Positions 45,413 through 56,589 of a stretch of 64,000 nt of DNA are shown here, piece by piece. The first letter of the stretch is position 1. Each line of letters starts with the position of its first letter. Origin of the DNA: a virus (lineage: Duplodnaviria > Caudoviricetes); IMG/VR virus record IMGVR_UViG_3300011242_000002, positions 96,001-160,000 of that record; one strand, given 5' to 3'. The notes under the pieces are model-generated. The model ran no database searches. It saw only the letters and a list, made by a program, of their open reading frames with translations, and was not told the origin of the DNA. The translations under genes were made by a program, and so were the position numbers.

Positions 45413-47496
45413 TATGCATTATCCTCGCGGTTACGGGAAACGACGGTGAAGCTGCCGATGTACTGACCCTTGTTAAAGGAGGCGTTAACTTCACAGGAGT
45501 AGCGAACGCGGCTGTTGATATCCTTGGTCGTGCGGAACGCATTCACAGAGATGTCAACGCGACCGTCGTACAGATCTTTGGTCAGATCCGTCAGGATGCT
45601 GTTCAGCTCAGCCAGGTTCTGCTCGGTGGTGCGACGCGTGTCCACGCCCAGCATGCGGTAAGCCTGCTGGCATTTCTTCTCGATATCGACACAGATGGTC
45701 AGTGCGATTTCGTCACGCAATACCGAAGACTCTTCGGCGTACACGGTTTGCACGTGCGGCACGTACGCCTGCGAACGGTTGACGTTCTGTGCGTAGTTGA
45801 GCCCCAGGTTCCAGTTGTTGTCACGGATGTCCTGCGGTTCCCACAGCAGATCCATGTCGCGCAGAATCTGGACGCGGTTGTTGGCCGCGGCGTCGTACGC
45901 AAAGGCGTTCTTCAGTACGCCGTCACCGGAGCCTGCATAGCGGGAACGCTTGTGGGCGTGATCCAGCAGATGCGGGTAGTAGTTACCGGAGTCGTCGTCG
46001 ACCTGTTGACCAGACTGCATGAAGAAGATCACGCGGCAGACACCGGTACCGTACAGCGTGGATTCCGGATACAGACGGGCATAGCTGCGCAGGGCTGACG
46101 CCATGGAACGCTGCTCGGAGCCGGACAGACGCTCGTGACCGTCGATGTAAGTGCCGACGTACGCGATGATGTCTTTACGCTTGCCGGTGATGCTGATCAG
46201 CGACTTCTTGGTTTCCAGGTCGTAACCGCAGTCCCAGTACGCCGACTGTGGGTAACGGGCATCGTCTAACACTTCGATGTCTTTGAGCTCACCGTAGTTG
46301 TCAAACTGCTCTTTACACAGCTGGTTGTACATCTGGATCTTGGTCAGTGGCTTACCGGTCGCATCTTCATACGTACCGTCAGAACCACCCTCAGCGTAGT
46401 AGATGGCTACGTCGTTGAGGTTGATACCGCCCTGGGCAACCGACTGCACGCGCAGCGTGTAGTACGGGTTGTTGTAGAAGTCGACGCCGTTCAGGAAGTT
46501 GATCTGGTGGTGTGCGTCAACGCCGTCCAACAGACTGTTGCCCGCCGCCGCCTTCTCGTTGTCGAAGATACGCTTCAGCACCGCGTCCAGGTTATCGTAG
46601 TACACTTTGGTACGGCCGATTGGGCCTGGGACCGGGGTGAAACCGTTTGGTGCATCGTCGTAGTCCTTCACGCGCAGCGCAAAGTTGTACTTCTGCGCCG
46701 TTGCGGTGTCAACCACGGTTTTCTTGAAGGAGAAGTTAATCTCAGACTGACGATCGGAAGTCAGCTTCAGAACCGGGGTAGACTGCAGGTCCGGACGCTC
46801 GTACACGCGCAGGCGGTAGAGCTGCGCCAGCTGGTCAACAGCGACACCCACGTTCAGCGGGTTCAGCGATTGGGTATTTGGCGCCCACAGGCTAAAGCCG
46901 ACGTTGTTACCGAACTCACCCGGTGACGGGATCTCGATATCGAGCAGCGGGTAGTAGTCGGACTGGATGGCGGTCGAAGAGGTCAGTTGACCTTTCTTCT
47001 TCACGGCGCTACCAAACGGTACGCTATCTACGCCTTCATTAATAACCAGACGTGCTACCACGCCTGCACGTTTGGTGGTTGCCAGTACAAAGCTGCCGTT
47101 GGCGTCACGTTCGGCGATGCCGGCTACGTCACGCTTGTAGTCGGTGATCTGGTCATCCACCAGTTCAATGCCAAGCGTCCAGTACGCCGGTGCCAGGCCA
47201 TCGGCCGGATGCACACGCTGAACCATGACGGTGTTGCCGTTACCTGCGATAGTCGAGGTAAAGGCTGAACCCAGGGTGTAGTACTTTGACAGCGGATCAA
47301 ACGTCTTGCTACCGTAGTATGACACCAGCAGAGACGGATCCAGCAGCTGTGGGGTTAACGGCCCACGTTCTGCCAGGATGTATAAGTGCGGCAGGTGCTG
47401 CGCATATACCTCCGGGACCGGGACCGGAGCGATTGTGGATTCATCCCGGATACCTTCCAGGATAAAACGCGGCGCCCCGTTGGAAAGATTTGACAT
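45412..47496 (-). CDS. Contractile tail sheath protein (phiKZ gp29-like)
   Basis: NGAP..ILEGIRDES, PQHLP-type motif, YPES.LYGT..CR; 694 aa; synteny. Confidence 0.88.
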   Translation of the reverse strand: MSNLSNGAPRFILEGIRDESTIAPVPVPEVYAQHLPHLYILAERGPLTPQLLDPSLLVSYYGSKTFDPLSKYYTLGSAFTSTIAGNGNTVMVQRVHPADGLAPAYWTLGIELVDDQITDYKRDVAGIAERDANGSFVLATTKRAGVVARLVINEGVDSVPFGSAVKKKGQLTSSTAIQSDYYPLLDIEIPSPGEFGNNVGFSLWAPNTQSLNPLNVGVAVDQLAQLYRLRVYERPDLQSTPVLKLTSDRQSEINFSFKKTVVDTATAQKYNFALRVKDYDDAPNGFTPVPGPIGRTKVYYDNLDAVLKRIFDNEKAAAGNSLLDGVDAHHQINFLNGVDFYNNPYYTLRVQSVAQGGINLNDVAIYYAEGGSDGTYEDATGKPLTKIQMYNQLCKEQFDNYGELKDIEVLDDARYPQSAYWDCGYDLETKKSLISITGKRKDIIAYVGTYIDGHERLSGSEQRSMASALRSYARLYPESTLYGTGVCRVIFFMQSGQQVDDDSGNYYPHLLDHAHKRSRYAGSGDGVLKNAFAYDAAANNRVQILRDMDLLWEPQDIRDNNWNLGLNYAQNVNRSQAYVPHVQTVYAEESSVLRDEIALTICVDIEKKCQQAYRMLGVDTRRTTEQNLAELNSILTDLTKDLYDGRVDISVNAFRTTKDINSRVRYSCEVNASFNKGQYIGSFTVVSRNREDNA

Positions 47497-47686
47497 GCCT
47501 TTCTCCTAACTATCGATAGTTGTCAAAGAGCCTTTTTTTCGAAACATGTTTCACCGTACCAGCGCCTACAAACCACCGTCGTGGCAGGGAGTAATGGTAT
47601 GGTTCACTATTTACGACGTTTAAACAGTGCCATACCATTAGTTGTCATTGTTTACATATAAGCGCGCTGGAGAGGGTTTCGCAACC

Positions 47687-48637
47687 ATGTTTATTTCCCC
47701 GTATCAGACCAAAGCTGCCAGTTGGAACCCGATCGATAAGATCCAATCGGCGATGAAACTAGCCAAGGTGGAAAAACGCCTTGTGTCGGCTACCAAGCCT
47801 ATTGCCGGACTGACCGGTTTATACGGCCCCACTAAAGATGAAAACCTGTGGCTGTTGATCGCTGGCATTACCGGTAACGAAGCCGAAACACCGTTTACCA
47901 ACCCGATTACCTTTACCGATACCCTGGGACGTGCGAACATCGTGATCGATGTGCGTGCCTCCCTGATGTTGGACCCCAACACCGGTACGGTCACCTTGCG
48001 TAACCGTAACGCGGCTACCGACCTGCAGCAACAGATGATCCGCATGAAGGCGGTATGGTACTGGATGTCCGGCAACCACCGTGATTTCCTTAACCTGTCT
48101 CCGGTGCCGATGCAGGTGTTCGTGCGCTGGATTGCCGAAGGGCTGTCGCGCAAGCTGGGGCTCGGGTACGACACCATGCCGCGCTTTATGGCCTACGTGG
48201 GCTGGTACTTCTTCTGTCAGTTCTATAATGAAGGCGACATGTCGGAAGGCATGCGCATGGACGGGATCCGTAAGGTGACCGACCAGGCGCGCGTACGCAG
48301 CGATTACGTAACCGCCACGTTAGAGAATGCGCCGTACGTCGGCACCGTGCAGCAGTTTGTGGACAACGCCTATGCGGTGGTGGGTGCTGAAGAGCTGCGC
48401 CAGCTGGATCTGCGTATGTTCCTCAACATTGCGGGCGGGGCCTGGTTTGGTGCGCATGCCGCCGAGTCCGGGGCCATTGGCCTTGAGTACCCGCCGGTGT
48501 TTCTCTCTATGCTGTACGGCGGGGCGGAAAACCGTTACTACCGCAACAGCACCCTCGGCAACATCCTTGACCGCGGGGAGTTTAAGAAAACCAAAGAGCA
48601 GTTCATGCGTAGCTTCGCCGGCTGCATTGATGTCTAA
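47687..48637 (+). CDS. Virion structural protein (phiKZ gp28-like)
   Basis: Start reassigned to ATG 47687; divergent from sheath as in phiKZ. Confidence 0.7.
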   Translation: MFISPYQTKAASWNPIDKIQSAMKLAKVEKRLVSATKPIAGLTGLYGPTKDENLWLLIAGITGNEAETPFTNPITFTDTLGRANIVIDVRASLMLDPNTGTVTLRNRNAATDLQQQMIRMKAVWYWMSGNHRDFLNLSPVPMQVFVRWIAEGLSRKLGLGYDTMPRFMAYVGWYFFCQFYNEGDMSEGMRMDGIRKVTDQARVRSDYVTATLENAPYVGTVQQFVDNAYAVVGAEELRQLDLRMFLNIAGGAWFGAHAAESGAIGLEYPPVFLSMLYGGAENRYYRNSTLGNILDRGEFKKTKEQFMRSFAGCIDV

Positions 48638-48649
48638 GAAGGGGGTTCC

Positions 48650-51220
48650 ATGGCGAGCGTCGATTTAGTTAACCACGCCATTGCGAATGCGTGGGCTAAC
48701 CCACAGGCCGACCGTCAGCACATTCTGCGCCTGGCGCGGCTGTCCCGTGACGTCGGGGATATCAACTATACCCTGGTGATGAACAACCCGGTTTACCTGC
48801 CCACCCGCATGGAGCTGTACCACGTCTTTCAGATCGGCCAAAACCATCCTTGGACCTGGAACGTCGGCAATGAGTACGTCTCGCCGCTGCCGCTGGAAGA
48901 GTGGGTGCCGTTAACCGATCTGCGCACCATGCAGATGCTGACTGCCCAGCTGTATCTCGACACCGGTGTGCAGCTGCCGGCTTCGGGTGCCTTTGTGCGC
49001 TTGCGCTATGACCACAACATCCTGATTGCCGTCACCGACTTTCAGAACATGACCGTTCCGCGTAACGTGGACGTCTATCTGCGGGTCTACAGCAACGCCT
49101 ACTTTGAAACCCTGCTTGAGGCACAGCGTAACGGATTGATCCGCTGCTTCGGCGGTAACATGAACGACCCTAAGCAGGTGCTACGCTGGCAGAACGATTA
49201 CCTGACGCTGAAGCAGTCGGGGAAAGGATTGGCCCAGGCCTTTGTCAACGGCATGTTGGTCAACGACTTCCCTCCGGGTTCCTATCGCCAGCGTGACTAC
49301 GTCACGGTCAGCTATGACGGCTCGGTGAAGAAGGTGGTGGACATTGCGGTGAAAACCATGCCGACGTTCTTGTCGACCTTGGATAACCGACAGAAGTACA
49401 TCTTCCACCCGCCGCGGTTAAAGAACGCCAGCGACCTTGACGTGGTGTTTTTTGACGACGTGGACTTCTGGCTGATTGGTCCGGACAAGAAAGGCGTGTA
49501 CTTCCATCGCAATATGCGGGATGCGGTACGCCAACTTACCCACCGCGACTACAGCCTGTGTGTGGCCTACTTGCAAAACCTGGTGACGGCACAAGGTTGG
49601 GGTCAGCTGAATAACTGCACGGTACGCTGCGTGATGCGCCACAGCGGGTTTAACCAGACCCTGGTGCACGAGGCTCATCGGATTCGTGAACTGTATAAGC
49701 TGCCGGATGCGTTGATTATCGATGCGATGGTTAACGTGCGGGCAACGCTACCGGAATGGTCCGCTGCTGAACTGGAACGCTCCAAGTACGTCGAGCTGCT
49801 GGGTACCCAGTACAGTCGCCTGTCATCGGATCTGGTACGTGACGCTTACGGCTACAACGCCATGACCCAGGTGATGGCCAATACCCCGCTGCTGCTGACC
49901 CAGGGGACGACCAGCAACAACTGGGCGAACCTGTCACCGGGACTGCAGGAGAACATCCAGGTCTACGAGTACGATACCAACGGTCTGTACCTCGGCACCT
50001 ATTACCAGTCGGGGGGCGTGCGCTACATTGCCCGCAACCGCAACGCGGTGATGATCGAGGTGTACAGCGGTAAGGCCAGCAAGAGCCCGCACTACATGCT
50101 GGGCAACGCCAACGTCACGCTGATGGCCAACTACGGTTACCGGGTGTACCAGGCGAAGTGGGACGGGACGACGATTGACAAAACCTCCTGGCAGGACGTC
50201 ACCGGCCAGGCCAGCATCTACGGCGTGGTTGATGGGGTGCTGAGCTTCCTGCACAACAAGGCGCGGTATATTGGGCTGGTGCTGTTCAACGACGTGTTCC
50301 TGGGCTACGACTTTACCCTCGATCACCTGGATAAAACCCTGTCGTTCTCCTTGACCTACGATTGGACCGGGGGTGGTTTAGAAGCACCGATCGCACCGGG
50401 GGTGGTGGACATCATCATGAACGGGCGCTCACTGGTGCCGGGGATTGACTACATTGAGCGTTTCCCGCGCTACGTGATCACCAACAAGCGTTACCTGGTC
50501 GCCAACCAACCACAGCGGTTTACCGTGCGCGCCACCGGCTCGGGCACGACCGATTTGCAGCCGCAACCGATTAACGAGCACGGCTGGGTCACGCGGGAGC
50601 ACATCAGCAACAACGACGTGTACAACCTGCGTGATGACCGAACCGTACGCTGTGTGGTGGCAGGGCGCATTGTGCGTCGGGAAGACCTGGTGTACGCTGA
50701 GGACGTGCCGAGTGCTACCGGGCTTGACCCGAGCTACAACGGTCAGCCGTACTACATCGGTAACGTGATGGCTAGCGTGCGCTCGGTTGACCCGTACGAA
50801 GCGTTTCCGCTGCGCGATGCGTCGCTTGATCTTGATGCTCGCCTGTCGGCGTTCCTGACATCCATCTACCCACAGCCCGATCTCGGTGACCCAAACTTCA
50901 TCCAGCAGAAGTACGTGTTGTACTCTCCGCTGCTGCAAAAGCTGATCTACGATCTGCGTCTTGGGTTCCTGGTGATTCCGTCTGCGGGTTGGGGTTCAGA
51001 TGAGAAGCTTGACAAGATCCTGGCACCGTATAAATGGTGGTTGGAGTTTGACCCTTGTGCGCTGGAGATGGACTGGACCTACCTGATGGTCGAGCCGCAT
51101 AACCAACCCGGGACTCTGGCGGTAACCTCCATGCAGTATAACTTCCTGAATCGGGTCATTGACCTGTACCTGAACAAACGCACTACCTTGTCGGGTTACG
51201 TAACCATCACCGCAGGATAA
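48650..51220 (+). CDS. Virion structural/baseplate protein (phiKZ gp27-like)
   Basis: 856 aa; W.NP.ADRQ, VRQLTHRDYS; synteny. Confidence 0.75.
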   Translation: MASVDLVNHAIANAWANPQADRQHILRLARLSRDVGDINYTLVMNNPVYLPTRMELYHVFQIGQNHPWTWNVGNEYVSPLPLEEWVPLTDLRTMQMLTAQLYLDTGVQLPASGAFVRLRYDHNILIAVTDFQNMTVPRNVDVYLRVYSNAYFETLLEAQRNGLIRCFGGNMNDPKQVLRWQNDYLTLKQSGKGLAQAFVNGMLVNDFPPGSYRQRDYVTVSYDGSVKKVVDIAVKTMPTFLSTLDNRQKYIFHPPRLKNASDLDVVFFDDVDFWLIGPDKKGVYFHRNMRDAVRQLTHRDYSLCVAYLQNLVTAQGWGQLNNCTVRCVMRHSGFNQTLVHEAHRIRELYKLPDALIIDAMVNVRATLPEWSAAELERSKYVELLGTQYSRLSSDLVRDAYGYNAMTQVMANTPLLLTQGTTSNNWANLSPGLQENIQVYEYDTNGLYLGTYYQSGGVRYIARNRNAVMIEVYSGKASKSPHYMLGNANVTLMANYGYRVYQAKWDGTTIDKTSWQDVTGQASIYGVVDGVLSFLHNKARYIGLVLFNDVFLGYDFTLDHLDKTLSFSLTYDWTGGGLEAPIAPGVVDIIMNGRSLVPGIDYIERFPRYVITNKRYLVANQPQRFTVRATGSGTTDLQPQPINEHGWVTREHISNNDVYNLRDDRTVRCVVAGRIVRREDLVYAEDVPSATGLDPSYNGQPYYIGNVMASVRSVDPYEAFPLRDASLDLDARLSAFLTSIYPQPDLGDPNFIQQKYVLYSPLLQKLIYDLRLGFLVIPSAGWGSDEKLDKILAPYKWWLEFDPCALEMDWTYLMVEPHNQPGTLAVTSMQYNFLNRVIDLYLNKRTTLSGYVTITAG

Positions 51221-51224
51221 GCTG

Positions 51225-52946
51225 ATGACTGATTTATTAAACAGTGTGTTTAGCACAACCACGACCCTGGCTGCGTCACTGCAGCCAATCCTCCCAGGTG
51301 CCAACGACGTCGTGCGCATCTGGGATATTCGCAACATCTACAAAGGCCCCTCCTTTATTCAGGAGAACGGCTATTACGCCTACGTCCCGAAAGAAGGCGA
51401 CTGGGTGGTTGACAAAGACAACGGCTGGTTCTACGTGGCGCACGTTGGCATGGAAGGGGAAAACCTCTCCACCCTGGTGCCGTGGGAAGCCCCGTCGCGG
51501 GTGGGGGTGGGTGAAGACGACCTGATCCTGCTTGGCGCACCGTCACGCTATACCAGCGAGTTCATCACCTGCGCGATTGACTACTCGCAGATGCCGCCGG
51601 TCATGTCAGTTGACAACCGCATCCAGGCCTACGGCAGCAACGTGGCCTCCGCCAAGGTGTTCCTCAATAACGACATTGGCCCGGATGGCACAGTGGTGAG
51701 CTGCCGCTACGACAACTCCGGCAACATCATCAGTAACGACATGACGCTTGAGCTCGTGAAGTTTAACGACTCACGCAACATTGCCGTACGGGTGCCGCTA
51801 CCCTGCCACTGTTCGCAGAACCTGGCCGACGGGGAAACCCTGACCCTGGTGTTCTACGACAAGAACGGCGGGGCGCTGCTGCCGGTGTATCGTCTGGTGG
51901 TACAGAACACCGCCTTTGTTCGTCGCACGGAGCTTGGGCAGAAGTACGTGAAGAGCGTGCAGCTGCTGTCGCCGTTCTTGAACGGCAGCGACCCTGAGCT
52001 ACTGGAGATTCCGATCTCGATTCGTAACCTGAGTGCTGTGGAGTTTCGTGCCCGCGTCTGGTACAGCGACAACACCTACAAGGACTGGACGGTGGACGGC
52101 GAGCGCGTGGTGTTAAACGGCGCACGGGAATACGTTCCCACCATCGTGGGGCAAGAGGCCAGTCTGACGCTGACCTACTTCCTTAACGATACCGAACAGG
52201 CCGTGTCGGCGAACCCGGGTGAGAAACCGCACATTGACCAGAACTACCGCATTCGCACCACGGAAGCGGTGGGGGCTTACGCACCGAAGCTGTACGGCTA
52301 CCCGGTGTGGGTCAATGCAACAACCGGTTGGAAGATGACCTGGTGGCTGTACAACCTCGATCGTCAGATGGCTTACGACGTGACCAGCAAGGTAGAGCTC
52401 GGTGTGAACTCCCCGGCGTTTGACGGTAAGAACTACGGCGTGGTCCAGCACCTGTCGTACGCCATTACCCTGTCGTCGGTAGACTCGCGCTGGAAATCGT
52501 ACCGTCACGTGCAGAACCTCGACGTGGTCTTGTACGGCGCGCCAAACGCCGCATCTACTACGCCGTGGACCGTGGGCTTTGATCCGGGGCAAACACCGTT
52601 GTATGGCCCGAGCCTGGTATGTAAGATCACCGCGACCGCGTCCAACACCCGCACCGTGAAAATCGACAGCGGGATTAAGACCTACACCGAGTGGCTGGAA
52701 GCGCTGTTCTACAACACCCGTCCGCTGCGCGCCGTGGCGTCGGAATCGAAAGCGCCGGCACCGACCCACTTTGAGATCTACATCGACTCCTCGCGCGTCT
52801 ACCGTTATCCGGTTACCCAGTGGAATGCCTCACTGGTGCTGAACACGGTAATCACCGCCGGGCAGAACGTGTACATCAAGTGGCTGAAGACCGATGCCGG
52901 CAGCGTCGAGCTGCAGCTGGGCATCTCTGCACTGGTGGTGGCATAA
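51225..52946 (+). CDS. Virion structural/baseplate protein (phiKZ gp26-like)
   Basis: 573 aa, beta-rich; synteny before terminase. Confidence 0.72.
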   Translation: MTDLLNSVFSTTTTLAASLQPILPGANDVVRIWDIRNIYKGPSFIQENGYYAYVPKEGDWVVDKDNGWFYVAHVGMEGENLSTLVPWEAPSRVGVGEDDLILLGAPSRYTSEFITCAIDYSQMPPVMSVDNRIQAYGSNVASAKVFLNNDIGPDGTVVSCRYDNSGNIISNDMTLELVKFNDSRNIAVRVPLPCHCSQNLADGETLTLVFYDKNGGALLPVYRLVVQNTAFVRRTELGQKYVKSVQLLSPFLNGSDPELLEIPISIRNLSAVEFRARVWYSDNTYKDWTVDGERVVLNGAREYVPTIVGQEASLTLTYFLNDTEQAVSANPGEKPHIDQNYRIRTTEAVGAYAPKLYGYPVWVNATTGWKMTWWLYNLDRQMAYDVTSKVELGVNSPAFDGKNYGVVQHLSYAITLSSVDSRWKSYRHVQNLDVVLYGAPNAASTTPWTVGFDPGQTPLYGPSLVCKITATASNTRTVKIDSGIKTYTEWLEALFYNTRPLRAVASESKAPAPTHFEIYIDSSRVYRYPVTQWNASLVLNTVITAGQNVYIKWLKTDAGSVELQLGISALVVA

Positions 52947-52951
52947 TCCTT

Positions 52952-52995
52952 GTACGGGGTTCAGGGGGTCACACCCCTGAATCCGTACTGTTTTT
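52952..52995 (+). terminator. Long hairpin terminator
   Basis: gtacggggttcagggg-gtcaca-cccctgaatccgtac then tgttttt. Confidence 0.7.
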
Positions 52996-53009
52996 AAGGA
53001 ACGTGTTTT

Positions 53010-55190
53010 ATGATACTGTATGGGAATGACTGGTGTAAGTACCGTGTTATGCCACACGTACACTATGAAACCAAAAACGACAGCTTCCTCAAGATTGCCA
53101 AGAAGCTGCACGACATGGGGGTCAAGAACTGTCTGTTCATGCTCTCCTTGTTTAACAAGTCACTGATCGACGTTGACCCCTACGACCCGAACTTGACCGA
53201 TGAACAGAAGCAGGCGATCGCCATTGAGTGCAGCATCAACTTCTGGTACTTCATCCGTGAAGTCATCCGTATTCGTGTCCCTGGTCAGGCGGAAGGTATT
53301 CGCTACATCGCCAACCGTGGCAACATGGCGTTGAGCTGGCTGTACCTGGCACACATCGACGTCTTCCTGATCCAGCCGCGTCAGACCGGGAAGTCAGTAT
53401 CGACGGACTGCATCATGCTGTGGCTGATGTACTTCGGCAGCCGGCAGAACAACATCTCCCTGATCACTAAGGGCGACCTGCGGACTGAGAACATCAAGCG
53501 TCTAAAAGCGATGCGTGACTTCCTGCCAGGCTATCTGATCGTGCGTGACCGTAAAGACCCGGATAACTCCGAGTGGCTGGGCTACGCCGCGTTGAAAAAC
53601 GTCTATAAGGCCGCGATTGCCCAAGGTAACGAAACCGCAGCCAACAACCTGGGGCGTGGTATTACCACGGCCACCATCCACATCGATGAAGGCCCGTTCC
53701 TGTCGTTTGTTGACATCACCATTCCGGCGGCGCTTAACGCCACGACAACCGCGCGCCGCTATGCTGAGATGAACCAGACGCCACACGGCAACATCTTTAC
53801 CACCACGGCCGGTCGTCGTGACTCCCGTGAAGGTAAGTACTTCTACGGTATTCTGCAGGACGCGGCAGTGTGGAACGAAATGTTCTACGACTGTGTCGAT
53901 TTCAAAGACCTGTCGGAAACCATCATGAACAACTCCGGCTCCGAGGCGCCGTCGGTGAACATCACCATGTCGCACCGCCAGCTGGGGTACACGGACGAAT
54001 GGTTGCGTAAAACCATCGCCCAGAACAAGAACGACAAGGAGTCGGCAGAACGTGACTTCCTCAACCGCTGGACTTCAGGTAACCTGACGTCTCCTCTGTC
54101 GATTGCGCTTAACGAAAAGATCAACGCCTCGCAGCGTGAAGTGGTGTACACCGAAATCACCAAGCAGAAGTACATCGTGCGCTGGTACATCTCGAAGGGG
54201 GATATTGACTACAACCGTACGCATACCCACTACACCATCGGGATGGATACCTCGGATGCCACCTCAACCGGGGACAGCAACACCATCGTCATTCGCGATA
54301 TTCGCGACATGGGGGTGGTGGCGACCATGAACTTCCGCAACACCAACACGATCAACATCCAGAACATGGTCGCTGATCTGCTGGAGCAGCACCCGAACTC
54401 CACGTTCATTCCTGAACGTAACCGGGCTCAGTCGTTGATTGACCATCTGCTGATTGAACTGCCGCGTCGTGGTATTGATCCGTTTAAGCGCATCTATAAC
54501 ACGCTGGTTGACGATCAGACGGTACGTCGCTCCGACTTCATGGAGTTGATCAACACGCCGCTCGGTGCGCGCACGCAGGAGTTCTACGACTCCAAGCGCA
54601 CCTGCTTTGGTTTCTGGACCGGCGCCCAGTCGCGTCCAATTCTTTACGGTCGTATTCTGCAGGAGTGTGCGAAGCACACCGGCTACGTCACCCGCGATAA
54701 GGAACTCATTGATCAGATCATGGGTCTGGTGGCAAAGAACGGCCGCGTGGACCACAAGTCCGGTGGACACGACGACCTGGTCATCGCCTGGCTGCTAGGC
54801 TACTGGTTCATTACCGATGCCCGCCATCACGACTGGTACGGTATTGACACCCGGAAGGTTATGTGTGTCACCGAACAGGCACAGGGTTACTCCATTGAGG
54901 AGCAGGCGTGGCTGGACTACCAGGCCCGCATGCGTGACGAACTCACCAGCGTGATGGAGCAGCTGAAGAACAGCACCAACCCAATGATCATCAGCCGGTT
55001 GGAGCAGCAGCTGCGTAACCTGAAAACCCAGATCGTCGATATGGGTAATGATGCTATGACGGTAGATCAGTTGTTACTGGAAGCGAAAGAGGCACGTCAG
55101 CTGAAAGCGCGCACCGGTCGTCAACTGACCCCGCCGCAAAACATCGGCGCCCGACCCAAGTCGCGGCGCTTTAACCACGTGTACTATTAA
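53010..55190 (+). CDS. terL: Terminase large subunit
   Basis: PRQTGKS Walker A, IHIDE Walker B, FTTT motif III, GMDTS and HDDLVIA nuclease motifs. Confidence 0.93.
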   Translation: MILYGNDWCKYRVMPHVHYETKNDSFLKIAKKLHDMGVKNCLFMLSLFNKSLIDVDPYDPNLTDEQKQAIAIECSINFWYFIREVIRIRVPGQAEGIRYIANRGNMALSWLYLAHIDVFLIQPRQTGKSVSTDCIMLWLMYFGSRQNNISLITKGDLRTENIKRLKAMRDFLPGYLIVRDRKDPDNSEWLGYAALKNVYKAAIAQGNETAANNLGRGITTATIHIDEGPFLSFVDITIPAALNATTTARRYAEMNQTPHGNIFTTTAGRRDSREGKYFYGILQDAAVWNEMFYDCVDFKDLSETIMNNSGSEAPSVNITMSHRQLGYTDEWLRKTIAQNKNDKESAERDFLNRWTSGNLTSPLSIALNEKINASQREVVYTEITKQKYIVRWYISKGDIDYNRTHTHYTIGMDTSDATSTGDSNTIVIRDIRDMGVVATMNFRNTNTINIQNMVADLLEQHPNSTFIPERNRAQSLIDHLLIELPRRGIDPFKRIYNTLVDDQTVRRSDFMELINTPLGARTQEFYDSKRTCFGFWTGAQSRPILYGRILQECAKHTGYVTRDKELIDQIMGLVAKNGRVDHKSGGHDDLVIAWLLGYWFITDARHHDWYGIDTRKVMCVTEQAQGYSIEEQAWLDYQARMRDELTSVMEQLKNSTNPMIISRLEQQLRNLKTQIVDMGNDAMTVDQLLLEAKEARQLKARTGRQLTPPQNIGARPKSRRFNHVYY

Positions 55191-55257
55191 TCAGTATTGT
55201 GTGACATAAGTCAATAACCCTATAGACTCGTGTCACACTTTATTCTCAAAGAGGTAG

Positions 55258-55554
55258 ATGATGAAAGATAATGAATTTCGCATCCTTACCGATCTGCTTC
55301 GGCGTTATGAAACCGAAGTCCCGCCCGGGATGGTAACCCCGCTGGGCGTTGATCTGGTAGAGCGAATCGTTCACAAGGTGCGTAACATGGTTAGCCTGGC
55401 ACCGGGCGTTGCAGACGTGCAGTTCCTTCATGCAATGGAAAACATTGGTTACCCAATGCTTCCCCTGCAGCAGGATCTGGTGTCCGTGCACCTGTACGGG
55501 ATCAACACCAGCAAAGGCTTCATCCACGTTCCCACCACCGGCGTTGCTGCATGA
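55258..55554 (+). CDS. Hypothetical protein
   Basis: GAGG RBS, 98 aa. Confidence 0.7.
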   Translation: MMKDNEFRILTDLLRRYETEVPPGMVTPLGVDLVERIVHKVRNMVSLAPGVADVQFLHAMENIGYPMLPLQQDLVSVHLYGINTSKGFIHVPTTGVAA

Positions 55555-55568
55555 TCTTTTTTAAACCA

Positions 55569-55609
55569 ACATAAAGGAGAGGAGCTTGCGCCCCTCTCCT
55601 TTTATGCCG
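55569..55609. repeat. CATAA-hairpin-TTATGCCG element between convergent genes
   Basis: acataaaggagaggag-cttgc-gcccctctccttttatgccg. Confidence 0.75.
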
Positions 55610-55614
55610 ATTTA

Positions 55615-56580
55615 TTATTTAAACGATTTAATGATCCATTCTTCCAGACCACGCGCAATACCGATGAGCTGGGTGTGGATTCTGTAGCCGTAATGACCGA
55701 GATTGCCGTTCACGATCTCGGCGTAACCCCACTCCCATATAGCGTCGGCATCATCACCAAACTTATCAAAGTAATCCCACAGCCCGACGTTATGCCACAC
55801 GTCTTCGGTGAGTTCATCAACGTCGGTTGCTTTGGCAAGTAATGACTTGATCAGCGCGACCGCTTTACCGTATTCATCCTTGGTCAATGCCGGTAACTTA
55901 CCGCCTTTCTTATCTTCTTTATCCAACTTAATATTGGCGCAGGGTTCGGTCCAGACGTCACGGCCATATTTAGCTCTGAGTTGCTCAACGATACCTTCAC
56001 GTTCCTCACGATCGGGTTCGTCACCCCAGCGACGGATGTAGGGTTCGATCTCTTTCCACAGTTTAATGTGGTCAGCAGTCGCTTTCTTAAATTCGGTGAC
56101 TACCTCATTGAAGTATTTCTCCAGCGCTTTACTGACCGTAGCGAAGTCTTTGCCCTCGAAGAGTTTGGAGATCATGCCGTTGCTTACTTCTTTCTCAACG
56201 GATTCTTTGCCGTTAAGCCAGGCTGCGGTGTAGGTGCTGTTGACCTTTTGCTCGGCCACCTTGATGTCTTTCAACGCCGGGCTGTTCTTGGCCAGCATCA
56301 GTTTCTTAAAGCCGACGTAGCCCGCCGTGGCTAAAGCTGCCACACCGACGATGGCGAGACCGATGGCTTCGTTACCCACACCCGGCTGCACGTGTTTGCC
56401 GTAGCGAGCTTCCAGCCCTCGCATGATCAGCTGATGGGCGGGATTTTCTGCCAAGGCTTCCACCCCGACACCTTCGATCTGCTTAGAGTAGGCCGTTAGC
56501 AAATCACGGTCCTGTTTAAGCCGGCGACCTTCGTGTACAAAGTTGACGAAGGCTTGCGGCTCCTTATCAAAAATAGACAT
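55615..56580 (-). CDS. Internal head protein paralog with G-x-E propeptide and hydrophobic segment
   Basis: GVGVEAL, RGLEARY, GVGNEAIGLAIVGVAALATAG; C-terminus LEEWIIKSFK like the other paralogs. Confidence 0.75.
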   Translation of the reverse strand: MSIFDKEPQAFVNFVHEGRRLKQDRDLLTAYSKQIEGVGVEALAENPAHQLIMRGLEARYGKHVQPGVGNEAIGLAIVGVAALATAGYVGFKKLMLAKNSPALKDIKVAEQKVNSTYTAAWLNGKESVEKEVSNGMISKLFEGKDFATVSKALEKYFNEVVTEFKKATADHIKLWKEIEPYIRRWGDEPDREEREGIVEQLRAKYGRDVWTEPCANIKLDKEDKKGGKLPALTKDEYGKAVALIKSLLAKATDVDELTEDVWHNVGLWDYFDKFGDDADAIWEWGYAEIVNGNLGHYGYRIHTQLIGIARGLEEWIIKSFK

Positions 56581-56589
56581 GTTGAATCC

